A stretch of DNA of 64,000 bases from Candidatus Omnitrophota bacterium (GTDB taxonomy: Bacteria; Omnitrophota; Gorgyraeia; Zapsychrales; Zapsychraceae). Positions 40,215 through 48,871 of this stretch are shown here, piece by piece. The first letter of the stretch is position 1, and every line of letters begins with the position of its first letter. The notes beneath the pieces were generated by a model. It ran no database searches, had not been told where the DNA came from, and worked only from the letters and a program-made list of their open reading frames with translations. A program made the translations under genes and the position numbers. The stretch spans positions 5,355-69,354 of the forward strand of contig JANQMA010000013.1 of NCBI GenBank assembly GCA_028280285.1. Reading direction: 5' to 3'.

Positions 40215-40270
40215 AGGTTTTAGGTTATGGGTTTTAGGTTTCAGCCTCCTAACACCCAACACCTAAAACC
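40215..40270. repeat. Inverted heptamer array, possible terminator of the cohesin operon
   Basis: aggtttt aggttat gggtttt aggtttc ... taacacc caacacc taaaacc, directly after the stop at 40271. Confidence 0.7.
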
Positions 40271-43200
40271 TTAAGGATTAGGATGGGTTATATGACCTTC
40301 TTGATCGACCAAATATATTTGGCCATAGTAGTAAATCTTCCACGCCGGATAAAAGAAGCTCCCCTCGATATAAACCAACTCCAGCTCAGCCCCTTGCATC
40401 ATTGTACGAATAAATTCTCTTCGTTCTTTGCGCGTTAAATCTTTTTGCAATAACTTTGATAAAAGACGCAGTGCTTTGCGTTTATTAACCGGCAAATATT
40501 TAATCGGTTCGCGAACCCAGGTGACTTCACGAAAAGCACCACTATCGGCATCAACAATGGCGATGACAACTGTTCTTTTCTTTAATGTTTTTCTTAGCTT
40601 TTTAAATATTTGTTTTTTCTCTTTGCGTTCTTCTCCGCTACGCAGCTTTACACTATCAGAATCATCATCTTTAAATTCGGTCACTGTTCGTGTCATACGC
40701 TCCTTCAACTTATCTTCATCCAACGGCTTATCAAACGCAACCAGATAGTAATCGCCTTTTTCCGACGAGACATAAAGCGGCTTGCGCGCAATAGTGTTTT
40801 TAAATATTTGCGCAAAGTCTTCGTCGTATGGAACCAATTGCTCTTCAATGCCATCCACGGCCGCTTGAATAATAACAAATGCATCTTCATCAATGTGATC
40901 ACGCACATAAACATTTTTTTCTGAACCATTTTCGAGCTCAATTGTTTTAAGTTGTAGGAAATTTTCAATGCGCTTTTTAAAACGAGGTTTGGCTTTAACA
41001 ACCCGCGCTTTATTTTCTGTTTTGGGCGGCTCAACAACCGCAACAAATTTGTTGAAATTTTGTTCTGTTGGATCAATTTTAGTCAACGGCAAATAATAAT
41101 TTTGGACAAACTGCTCGGCCGTTACAAATGTATTTTCACCAATACCTGACGGGGCTGGATCATTGATCCAAAAGCCGTGAATACCATAATCCTCGGCGGT
41201 AAAAGGGTCGTCCGTAGCCCGAACCCCTTTGACAACAACCCAGTTATTATAGTCCCCGCCAAACGGCACAGCTGCCGGAATATACACCGGATGACCGTCA
41301 ACACCCGATCCAAACGGATTGTCGCTCCCGCCACCAGCGGGATAAGACACCCATTTAGCAATTTCATTAAGTGCTTCTTCTTGAGTTGCAAGTGACTTCA
41401 TGCCGAAGTTGTAATGATAAGGAACAAAATCCGGATCGAGATTCTGAATCACTTTCCAAAGCCCGCGCATATCAAGGGCATTTAAATCGTCATTTACGCC
41501 GTAGTTAAACGGCTCGCCGAATTGAAATAATAGCTCCTGATTGCTGAGCTGCTCATCAAACAATTCCGGCGGACCATCTGGATGGTCGAACCGGTTCCAC
41601 CACATATATTGAATCAACATCTTGGCCACCGCCGGACCGCTGAATTTTTCAACCGGATCAGTACCGTTATCAAGCGACCGGACATACGGAAACTTATCGG
41701 CATTAAGAACAAAGTCTTCTGACTCAACCTCAATGAAAAAACTTTGTGTATCCGTGCCGCCATTGCCGTCATCGGCAGTGATAGTTAATTCGTACTTGCC
41801 GATATCTTCTTCCTTAGGCGTCCATTCAAAAAGACCGGTTGTGCCGTCAAAAGACGCATCGCCTGGCAGATTATTGAGCGCAAGAGCTACACTATCGCCA
41901 TCTTCATCGAAAACGCTGATAGTAAAACTCAAGGTTTGACCGACTTTAATTGTTTGATCACCAGGCCCATCGATCACAGGCGGCGCATTAACAACGATAT
42001 TTTTAACCGTTAAGGTAATTGTCTCAAAATCTTCTAATTCTCCGTCGCTGACAGTAAAAGTGATTTGATATGTGCTGTCTTCATCGAGCTCCGGGGCATT
42101 GGCAATAAATGTGTTATCAACAAAGCTCATCCAAGACTCAAGACCTTGGGCTGAAAAGATTAAAGTATCTCCATCAGGATCAGAACCACTAAGTGTAAAA
42201 TTAAGTGAAGCACCTTCATTAACGTTCTTATCACCAATTGAATCGAGCATTGGCGCTCGGTTAACATTACCTACACTGATTGTAATTGTTTCACTATCAG
42301 TGAGAGACCCATCGCTCGCTGTAAACGTAACACTATAATTACCTTCATCGCCAACGTCAGGATTCGCCGCAAAAGAAGTACCATCAAAGCTCATCCAATC
42401 TTCAAGGGCATTTGTTGAAATACTAACCCCATCGCCATCCGGGTCAGAGGTCGTTACATTAAAACTCAAATTACCGCCCTCTTCGACACTTTTATTGCCA
42501 ATCGTATCCAATACCGGCGCACGGTTTGTATTATTCACCGTTATGACAATAGTCTCTGCATCTGTGCCGCCGTTACCATCATCCGCTGTAAACGTAACAT
42601 TGTAGCTACCCGCATCATTAAAACCAGGGGTAGCCGAAAAGCTAGAACCATCAAAACTCATCCATGATACAAGACCTGAAGCTTCAATGATCACATCATC
42701 CCCATCCAGATCCGTTGCATTAACAGTGAAGTTTAATACTTCCGATTCATTAACAGACCTATTACCAATCGCACCTAAGACAGGCGGTGTATTACTAAAC
42801 TTATCAGTGACAGTAATTGTGATCGTTTCTGAATCTGTTCCGTCACGCCCATCATCCACCGTAAAGGTTACATCATATGCACCGGATTGCGTGGTCGTTG
42901 GTGTCCAGGTAAAGATGCGCGTGGCCGTATCAAAAATTGCACCGACGGGAAGATTGGTTGCCGAAAAAGAAAGCGGGTCGCTGTCAGCGTCTGACCCCGA
43001 AACAGTGAACCTAAGAAGCCCTTCTTCCTCAACCGTCTTATCTCCGATTGAGTTTAGTACCGGCTGAGTGTTAGCTTTTGCTGTAACCGTTATAGTAATT
43101 GTCTCTGAGTCCGTGCCGCCGCCACCGTCGCTGACATTAAATGTCACTTGATGTGTGCCGACCTGGGATGCAAGCGGCGTCCAGAAAAATGTATTGGTGG

Positions 43201-44107
43201 TTGTATTAAAGCTGGCGCCGATCGGCAGACTCGGTGAAGAAAATGATAAAGGATCACTATCAGGGTCTGTGGCCGTCACAGTAAAACTTAGATTACTTTC
43301 TGCCTCAACATTTTTATTTCCTATAGCATCCATTTGCGGTGGATTGTTGGGCTTGTCATTGACCGTAATGGTAATTGTTTCTGAGTCTGTGCCACCGCGG
43401 CCATCACTTACTTTAAATAGAACTTGATAGATGCCGGATTGATTGTCAGTCGGAGTCCAAGAAAACATCCTGCTATTTGCATCAAAAACAGCGCCTATTG
43501 GCAAAAACTCGGCTGAAAAAGTTAACGGATCATTATTAGGATCATTCGCACTAACCGTAAACGCCAACTCGCTTTCTTCATCAATCTCTTTATTCCCGAT
43601 GGAATCAAGAATAGGGCTCGCATTACCACCGCCACCGCCGGCAACCGTCACAGAACCATTTACTATGTTTTCAACACTGGCCGTTGCTGACTGATCACTT
43701 AAATCAAATTGAAGAAGATTAATAGGGGTTGTGCCCGTGGGTGCTGTATTTTTGATTTTAAATGTAAAAACCAATGCCTCGCCAGATACATCCGACACGG
43801 CGGAAAAGCTGAATTGCGTTACAATAACTTCTCCTTCTTCAGGAGAATGAGAATTACTGGCAAAGTCAGGAAACGTGGAACCATTCTCAACAGAAACAAA
43901 CTCCAAAACATCTTTATCCCAAGACAACTTGGTATCTATCCCGATGACATCAAGGTCATTATCCGAAAATTGAAGAGTTATGGTAATCTCATCACCCGGC
44001 ATACCGGACGCACTCGAAAGCTCTCCATCATAAGCAAAGGCATTAGCCGTCAAGGCAATGAAAAATAAACTAAGGAAAAGTATTTTTTTCACGAAAGCTC
44101 TATTCAC
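40271..44107 (-). CDS. Secreted cohesin protein 3: cohesin + 7 Ig/cadherin-like repeats + C39-like domain
   Basis: Signal peptide; cohesin pattern (PGDEITITL, LSWDKDVLEFVSV, FTFKIK, NGSVTV); 7x NxxP.L..IGNK...DPD.D.L...W.P...DG..TDSETITITV; SGPAVAKM...WVVVKG...FWINDP. Confidence 0.85.
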   Translation of the reverse strand: MNRAFVKKILFLSLFFIALTANAFAYDGELSSASGMPGDEITITLQFSDNDLDVIGIDTKLSWDKDVLEFVSVENGSTFPDFASNSHSPEEGEVIVTQFSFSAVSDVSGEALVFTFKIKNTAPTGTTPINLLQFDLSDQSATASVENIVNGSVTVAGGGGGNASPILDSIGNKEIDEESELAFTVSANDPNNDPLTFSAEFLPIGAVFDANSRMFSWTPTDNQSGIYQVLFKVSDGRGGTDSETITITVNDKPNNPPQMDAIGNKNVEAESNLSFTVTATDPDSDPLSFSSPSLPIGASFNTTTNTFFWTPLASQVGTHQVTFNVSDGGGGTDSETITITVTAKANTQPVLNSIGDKTVEEEGLLRFTVSGSDADSDPLSFSATNLPVGAIFDTATRIFTWTPTTTQSGAYDVTFTVDDGRDGTDSETITITVTDKFSNTPPVLGAIGNRSVNESEVLNFTVNATDLDGDDVIIEASGLVSWMSFDGSSFSATPGFNDAGSYNVTFTADDGNGGTDAETIVITVNNTNRAPVLDTIGNKSVEEGGNLSFNVTTSDPDGDGVSISTNALEDWMSFDGTSFAANPDVGDEGNYSVTFTASDGSLTDSETITISVGNVNRAPMLDSIGDKNVNEGASLNFTLSGSDPDGDTLIFSAQGLESWMSFVDNTFIANAPELDEDSTYQITFTVSDGELEDFETITLTVKNIVVNAPPVIDGPGDQTIKVGQTLSFTISVFDEDGDSVALALNNLPGDASFDGTTGLFEWTPKEEDIGKYELTITADDGNGGTDTQSFFIEVESEDFVLNADKFPYVRSLDNGTDPVEKFSGPAVAKMLIQYMWWNRFDHPDGPPELFDEQLSNQELLFQFGEPFNYGVNDDLNALDMRGLWKVIQNLDPDFVPYHYNFGMKSLATQEEALNEIAKWVSYPAGGGSDNPFGSGVDGHPVYIPAAVPFGGDYNNWVVVKGVRATDDPFTAEDYGIHGFWINDPAPSGIGENTFVTAEQFVQNYYLPLTKIDPTEQNFNKFVAVVEPPKTENKARVVKAKPRFKKRIENFLQLKTIELENGSEKNVYVRDHIDEDAFVIIQAAVDGIEEQLVPYDEDFAQIFKNTIARKPLYVSSEKGDYYLVAFDKPLDEDKLKERMTRTVTEFKDDDSDSVKLRSGEERKEKKQIFKKLRKTLKKRTVVIAIVDADSGAFREVTWVREPIKYLPVNKRKALRLLSKLLQKDLTRKERREFIRTMMQGAELELVYIEGSFFYPAWKIYYYGQIYLVDQEGHITHPNP

Positions 44108-47100
44108 TGTTTTCTTCAGTAGTTACATTATGGTTATGATCGACGATGTGGGTCTCACCATTAAAGGACACCCTCCAGCTCGGATAGTATACTTCCCCTG
44201 TATTAATCAACTCGGCCTCAGCTCCATTGATATTATTTACACCAAGGTGATCGGCAACTATCTGTAATGCATCAGCCGACTTAACCGGCAAGTAATTGAC
44301 AGGCCCCTGCGTCCATGTGATTTCCCTCAACTTTCCTGCAGAAGCATCAATAATCGCAACAGCTATGACGCCGTTTTGATCTACTGCTTCATCTGAAGGA
44401 GTAAAGGAAACAATGTAGTAATCACCTGTTTGTGATTTAACGAATAACGGCAGATTAACTTCAACATCTTTAAGTAGTTCAGCTAATCGTTCATCATACG
44501 CGACAACCTCACCCGTTACACGATCAGTAGCCGCACGGATTAATTCTTCGCTGTCTTCAACGGCGTAACTTAGCTGAGCCGTTTGCTCAACCACAGTACC
44601 GTATCCTCCTAAAGTCCCAGAATCAATCAACGATACATAGCGACCCCGGTTCGGATCATTGAGTGTGACATCAGTCAATGGAGCAACATAGTTCGCCGCA
44701 AACTCCTCGGCTGTGACATACGCTTGCTGGCCCAGTCCTGTAACGTGTGGATTCATAATCCAGAAACCATGAATGCCGTACTCTGCAGCCGCACTTGGAT
44801 TATCTGTTGCACGAACACCTGTAACCACAACCCAGTTGTCATAACTTCCTCCAACCGGCACTGCCGCCGGTACATACACCGGATGACCTTCACCCTGACC
44901 TATCTCTGTTGCCAGAAGATTAGCAATGTCGCTTAAAGCTTCTCGCTTAGACGTACGGCTGGCAATTATCCAATCGTAATTATACGGTGTATATGCCGGA
45001 TCAAGGTTTTGTAGTACGGTCCATAGACCCTGAGCATCCAGGCGGTCAAGCGTCTGATTAACCGCGTAGTTTTCCACCTGACCGAAATCAAATAAGGCCA
45101 ATTGATCGTTATGAACTTTTTCTGCATCTGTTGCAGGACCTTCTGGATTAACGTCTGCATTCCACCATAGATAATCTAATATCATCTGCGCTGCTGCTGT
45201 CGCACTATACTGCTTAATCAATTCATCTTCAGTTATTGTTTCTTCTTGCGCTGCAAAGCTTGCCTGCACATCTTCAACCGGCTCTAACTCCAAGCCCTTT
45301 GAACTGATTGCCGGCACATTAGAGAGGTTATTCGTAAATCCTTGTGCAGTGCTTGTCTCATATCGAACCGCTCCATCCGTCTGCCAATCCTGATTCACAA
45401 ACGACCAGACTTGCGCATAGACCGGATTACCGTTTAAAGGAATCTCAACTGTTGCCTGGGTTTGAAGACCAGCACTTTGGGAATAAATATCGGTTCCACC
45501 CGGCGTTGTTCCAATGGCAAACCAGTATTGTGCGGCATTGTTTTTCTGTTTCCAACTAAAAGTAACAGGAGAACTATTTAACGTCGAGCCCGGCTCAGGC
45601 GATGTTATCTGAGGATTATTTTCCGTATTGTACTGAACCGCCCCATCGCTCAGCCAATCCTGATTCACAAACGACCAGACTTGTGCATAGACCGGACTGC
45701 CGTTTAGAGGAATCTCAACTGTTGCCTGGGTCTGAAGACCAGCACTTTGGGAATAAATATCGGTTCCACCCGGCGTTGTCCCAATGGCAAACCAATATTG
45801 TGCGGCATTGTTTTTCTGTTTCCAATTAAAAGTAACAGGAGAACTATTTAACGTCGAGCCCGGCTCAGGCGATGTTATCTGCGATACAACCTCCGTATTA
45901 TATTGAATTGTTCCTTCTGTCTCCCAAACACCGTTCATTAATGTCCAGACCTGCGCATAGACCGGATTACCGTTTAAAGGAATCTCAACTGTTGCCTGGA
46001 TCTGAAGACCGGCACTTTGGGAATAAATATCGGTTCCACCCGGCGTTGTCCCAATGGCAAACCAATACTTTTGCACTCCTGATGTACTTGTCCAACTGAA
46101 TGTTACAGGCGAAGAGCTTAAAGTTGTCCCTGGTGATGGCGATGTTATTTGGGAGGCCTCAGCACCTGGATTCACCGTGATTGTAATCGTCTCTGAATCT
46201 GTAAGTTGTCCGTCGCTGACAGTAAATGTGACGCTATGATTACCAGCGTGTGCATTCGTAGGCACCCATCTAAACATTTTATTGCTTTGGGTAAATTCGG
46301 CACCAGGAGGTAAATTTTGTGCCGAGTATGTCAACGTATCTCCATTTGGATCAGTCGCGCTTATCGTAAAGCTCATATTTTGATTCGCATTAACGGACCT
46401 ATTGCCAATGGGTGCTAGTACCGGGGCCTGCTGCGGCACCGCTTCGACTGTAATGGAAACAATTTGTGCATCTGTACCGCCATTACCGTCACTTACATTA
46501 AACGTTACATTGTGTGTACCGATTTGACTGGCCGTTGGAAACCATCTAAACAGATTAGATTGTGCATTAAATTCGGCACCCGAAGGCAAATTTTGCGCTG
46601 AGTATGTTAGCACGTCGCCATCATCATCCGTAGCACTGACAACAAAATTAACATTATCGCCAACCCTGGCCGTCTTGTTTGGTATATTGTTAAGTACCGG
46701 CGGGCTGTTGAGTCCATTGACAGTGATCGTTATTGTTTGAGAAGAGCTTCCTCCATTAATATCGGAGGCAACAAATGTGACTTCGTGCACACCTTCCTGG
46801 TCAAATGTTGGCCGCCAAGAGAAAAATCCGCTAAATGAATTTACAACCGCGCCTTGTGGCATTTGTGCGCCGTATAATACTGTGCTGCCCTCTGGATCAT
46901 TAGCCTTAACAGTAAATGTTAATCTTTCCCCTATAGTAATTACTTGATTGCCAATCGGCTCAAAGAGGGGCGGAAGATTGCCATCGCGCTCTATAACAGT
47001 TATAGTAATCGTCTCTTCATCCGTACCGCCCTCTATGTCGCCGGCGATAAGCGTAATTTCATGTATACCTACTTGATCATCGGTTGGCTGCCAAGAGAAG

Positions 47101-48845
47101 GCACCGAATATATTCAAAACAGCTCCCTCTGGTAAATTGTTTGAACCGTATATGACAACGTTTCCATCAGGATCGGTTGCTTTTATGGTAAAAAACAATG
47201 TTTGACCGGCCTTGGCCGTCTTATCGCCTATCGGCTCCAGAATAGGCGGAAGATTGCCTCCGGCACCTGTAACTGTGATTGTAATCGTTTCAGAGTCGGT
47301 TAACTCACCATCACTAACATTGAATGTCACATCATGTGTACCAATTTGATTTGAACTAGGAGTCCAGCTGAATGTACGCGTGCTTGAATTAAAATCAGCC
47401 CCTGACGGAATTCCATTGGCTGAATAGCTGAGTGTATCTCCATCAGGATCCGTTGCGCTAATGGTAAAATTTAAACTGCTGTCTGCTGCAACATTTTTAT
47501 TTCCAATACCTGCCAAAACAGGCGCCCTGTTTTGTTGTGAAGTAACTGTGATCGTAATTGTTTCCGAATCCGTATCTTGACCATCGGTTACACTAAAGGT
47601 TACTTGATGGGTACCGGCTTGATTAGAAGTCGGCGTCCAATTAAATGTTCGCGTGTTTGGGTTAAAATCAGCGCCTGAAGGAGCATTGTCTGCTGAATAG
47701 GTAAGCGGATCTCCGTCTAAATCGGTTGCACTGATAGTAAAATTTAGATTATTTTCTGCCTGAACATTTTTATTACCTATAGTTGCTAACTCCGGCGGAT
47801 TATTTGGCTCCGAAGTAACTGTGACCGTGACTATTTCAAAATCTGTATCCTTGCCATCAGTTACGCTGAATGTTATATCGTGTGTGCCAATTTGAGCTGC
47901 CGTTGGCGTCCAACTGAATGTCCGTGTAGTTGGATTAAAGGCAGCACCCGTCGGTGTGTTTTCAGCAGAATACGTTAATACATCCCCTGCGTCCGGATCA
48001 ATCGCATTAATAGGGAAACTCAAATTATTGCCTGCCTGGACACTTTTATTGCCTATCGTTTGCAACACCGGCGGATTATTAACCGCTTCTGTAACCGTAA
48101 TCGTAATCGTCTCGGAATCTGTGCCGCCAGCACCATCATTAACATTAAAAATTACATCATGTGTCCCGATATCATTAATGCTTGGCGTCCAATTAAAGAT
48201 TCTTGTCGTTGGATTAAAGACGGCGCCAGTTGGTGTATTTTGGGCCGAATAAGTCAATGTGTTTCCATCAGGGTCGGTTGCACTGATAGTAAAATTTAAA
48301 TTGGCACCTACTTGAACACTTTTATCCCCAATCGCCGCTAATACTGGCGGTCGGTTTACCGAGCCCCCGGTTATTGTGATTTTTCCATCTGTACGGCTTG
48401 TCGCACTTGTTGTTGTCGTATCACTAAAGTCATATAATTCAAAACCAAGCGGTGTATCTCCACCCGGTGCATTGGCCTTAACCGTAAAACGTAATTTAAG
48501 CGATTCACCATTACCGTTGGTTGATACAGGAAGAGTTCCAAATTGAACAACAATCAATCTGTTAGCATTATTTGAGTCAACTAAGGCGGTAACATTAGTT
48601 AACTGAGCCGTATCGGCCCCGGCCACGGCACTGTCAAATGTAAGCACATTTGAGTCAAAAGTGACCACTGTATCGATACCTGCTAAGGCATCGGTGATAC
48701 CTCCCGCGTTGGTATAGTTGACCGAGATCTCAACCGTCTCTCCAGGGTCAGCTGTAGTACTAGATAGCGCACCCTCAAAGGCTAGTGCATTTGTGCTTAG
48801 CAATAATGTGAAGAATAAACTAAAAGATGCAATTAACTGTTTCAT
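44100..48845 (-). CDS. Secreted cohesin protein 2: cohesin + 8 Ig-like repeats + 3x 90-aa repeats + C39-like domain
   Basis: Signal peptide; PGETVEISV...VTFDSNVLTF...LRFTVKANA...DGKITI; 8 Ig-like repeats; 3x QITSP.PG...YWFAIGTTPGGTDI...VYAQVW. Confidence 0.85.
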   Translation of the reverse strand: MKQLIASFSLFFTLLLSTNALAFEGALSSTTADPGETVEISVNYTNAGGITDALAGIDTVVTFDSNVLTFDSAVAGADTAQLTNVTALVDSNNANRLIVVQFGTLPVSTNGNGESLKLRFTVKANAPGGDTPLGFELYDFSDTTTTSATSRTDGKITITGGSVNRPPVLAAIGDKSVQVGANLNFTISATDPDGNTLTYSAQNTPTGAVFNPTTRIFNWTPSINDIGTHDVIFNVNDGAGGTDSETITITVTEAVNNPPVLQTIGNKSVQAGNNLSFPINAIDPDAGDVLTYSAENTPTGAAFNPTTRTFSWTPTAAQIGTHDITFSVTDGKDTDFEIVTVTVTSEPNNPPELATIGNKNVQAENNLNFTISATDLDGDPLTYSADNAPSGADFNPNTRTFNWTPTSNQAGTHQVTFSVTDGQDTDSETITITVTSQQNRAPVLAGIGNKNVAADSSLNFTISATDPDGDTLSYSANGIPSGADFNSSTRTFSWTPSSNQIGTHDVTFNVSDGELTDSETITITVTGAGGNLPPILEPIGDKTAKAGQTLFFTIKATDPDGNVVIYGSNNLPEGAVLNIFGAFSWQPTDDQVGIHEITLIAGDIEGGTDEETITITVIERDGNLPPLFEPIGNQVITIGERLTFTVKANDPEGSTVLYGAQMPQGAVVNSFSGFFSWRPTFDQEGVHEVTFVASDINGGSSSQTITITVNGLNSPPVLNNIPNKTARVGDNVNFVVSATDDDGDVLTYSAQNLPSGAEFNAQSNLFRWFPTASQIGTHNVTFNVSDGNGGTDAQIVSITVEAVPQQAPVLAPIGNRSVNANQNMSFTISATDPNGDTLTYSAQNLPPGAEFTQSNKMFRWVPTNAHAGNHSVTFTVSDGQLTDSETITITVNPGAEASQITSPSPGTTLSSSPVTFSWTSTSGVQKYWFAIGTTPGGTDIYSQSAGLQIQATVEIPLNGNPVYAQVWTLMNGVWETEGTIQYNTEVVSQITSPEPGSTLNSSPVTFNWKQKNNAAQYWFAIGTTPGGTDIYSQSAGLQTQATVEIPLNGSPVYAQVWSFVNQDWLSDGAVQYNTENNPQITSPEPGSTLNSSPVTFSWKQKNNAAQYWFAIGTTPGGTDIYSQSAGLQTQATVEIPLNGNPVYAQVWSFVNQDWQTDGAVRYETSTAQGFTNNLSNVPAISSKGLELEPVEDVQASFAAQEETITEDELIKQYSATAAAQMILDYLWWNADVNPEGPATDAEKVHNDQLALFDFGQVENYAVNQTLDRLDAQGLWTVLQNLDPAYTPYNYDWIIASRTSKREALSDIANLLATEIGQGEGHPVYVPAAVPVGGSYDNWVVVTGVRATDNPSAAAEYGIHGFWIMNPHVTGLGQQAYVTAEEFAANYVAPLTDVTLNDPNRGRYVSLIDSGTLGGYGTVVEQTAQLSYAVEDSEELIRAATDRVTGEVVAYDERLAELLKDVEVNLPLFVKSQTGDYYIVSFTPSDEAVDQNGVIAVAIIDASAGKLREITWTQGPVNYLPVKSADALQIVADHLGVNNINGAEAELINTGEVYYPSWRVSFNGETHIVDHNHNVTTEENSE
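45340..46150. repeat. Three in-frame 270-bp tandem repeats
   Basis: gatgttat recurs at 45601/45871/46141 and gaataaatatcggttccacc at 45481/45751/46021. Confidence 0.92.
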
Positions 48846-48871
48846 TTTCTAACCTACCCCCGAACCCAACT

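Noticed and set aside
23160-41700. Neighbouring C39-like domains cleaving the GG motifs in the giant-protein caps (double-glycine leader logic)
   Set aside because: Tempting, but all three C39-like domains lack the catalytic Cys and His, so there is no support.
45340-46150. Direct repeats as a possible CRISPR array or DGR template/variable pair
   Set aside because: Units are 270 bp, in frame and without unique spacers, and there is no cas or reverse transcriptase gene in the window.
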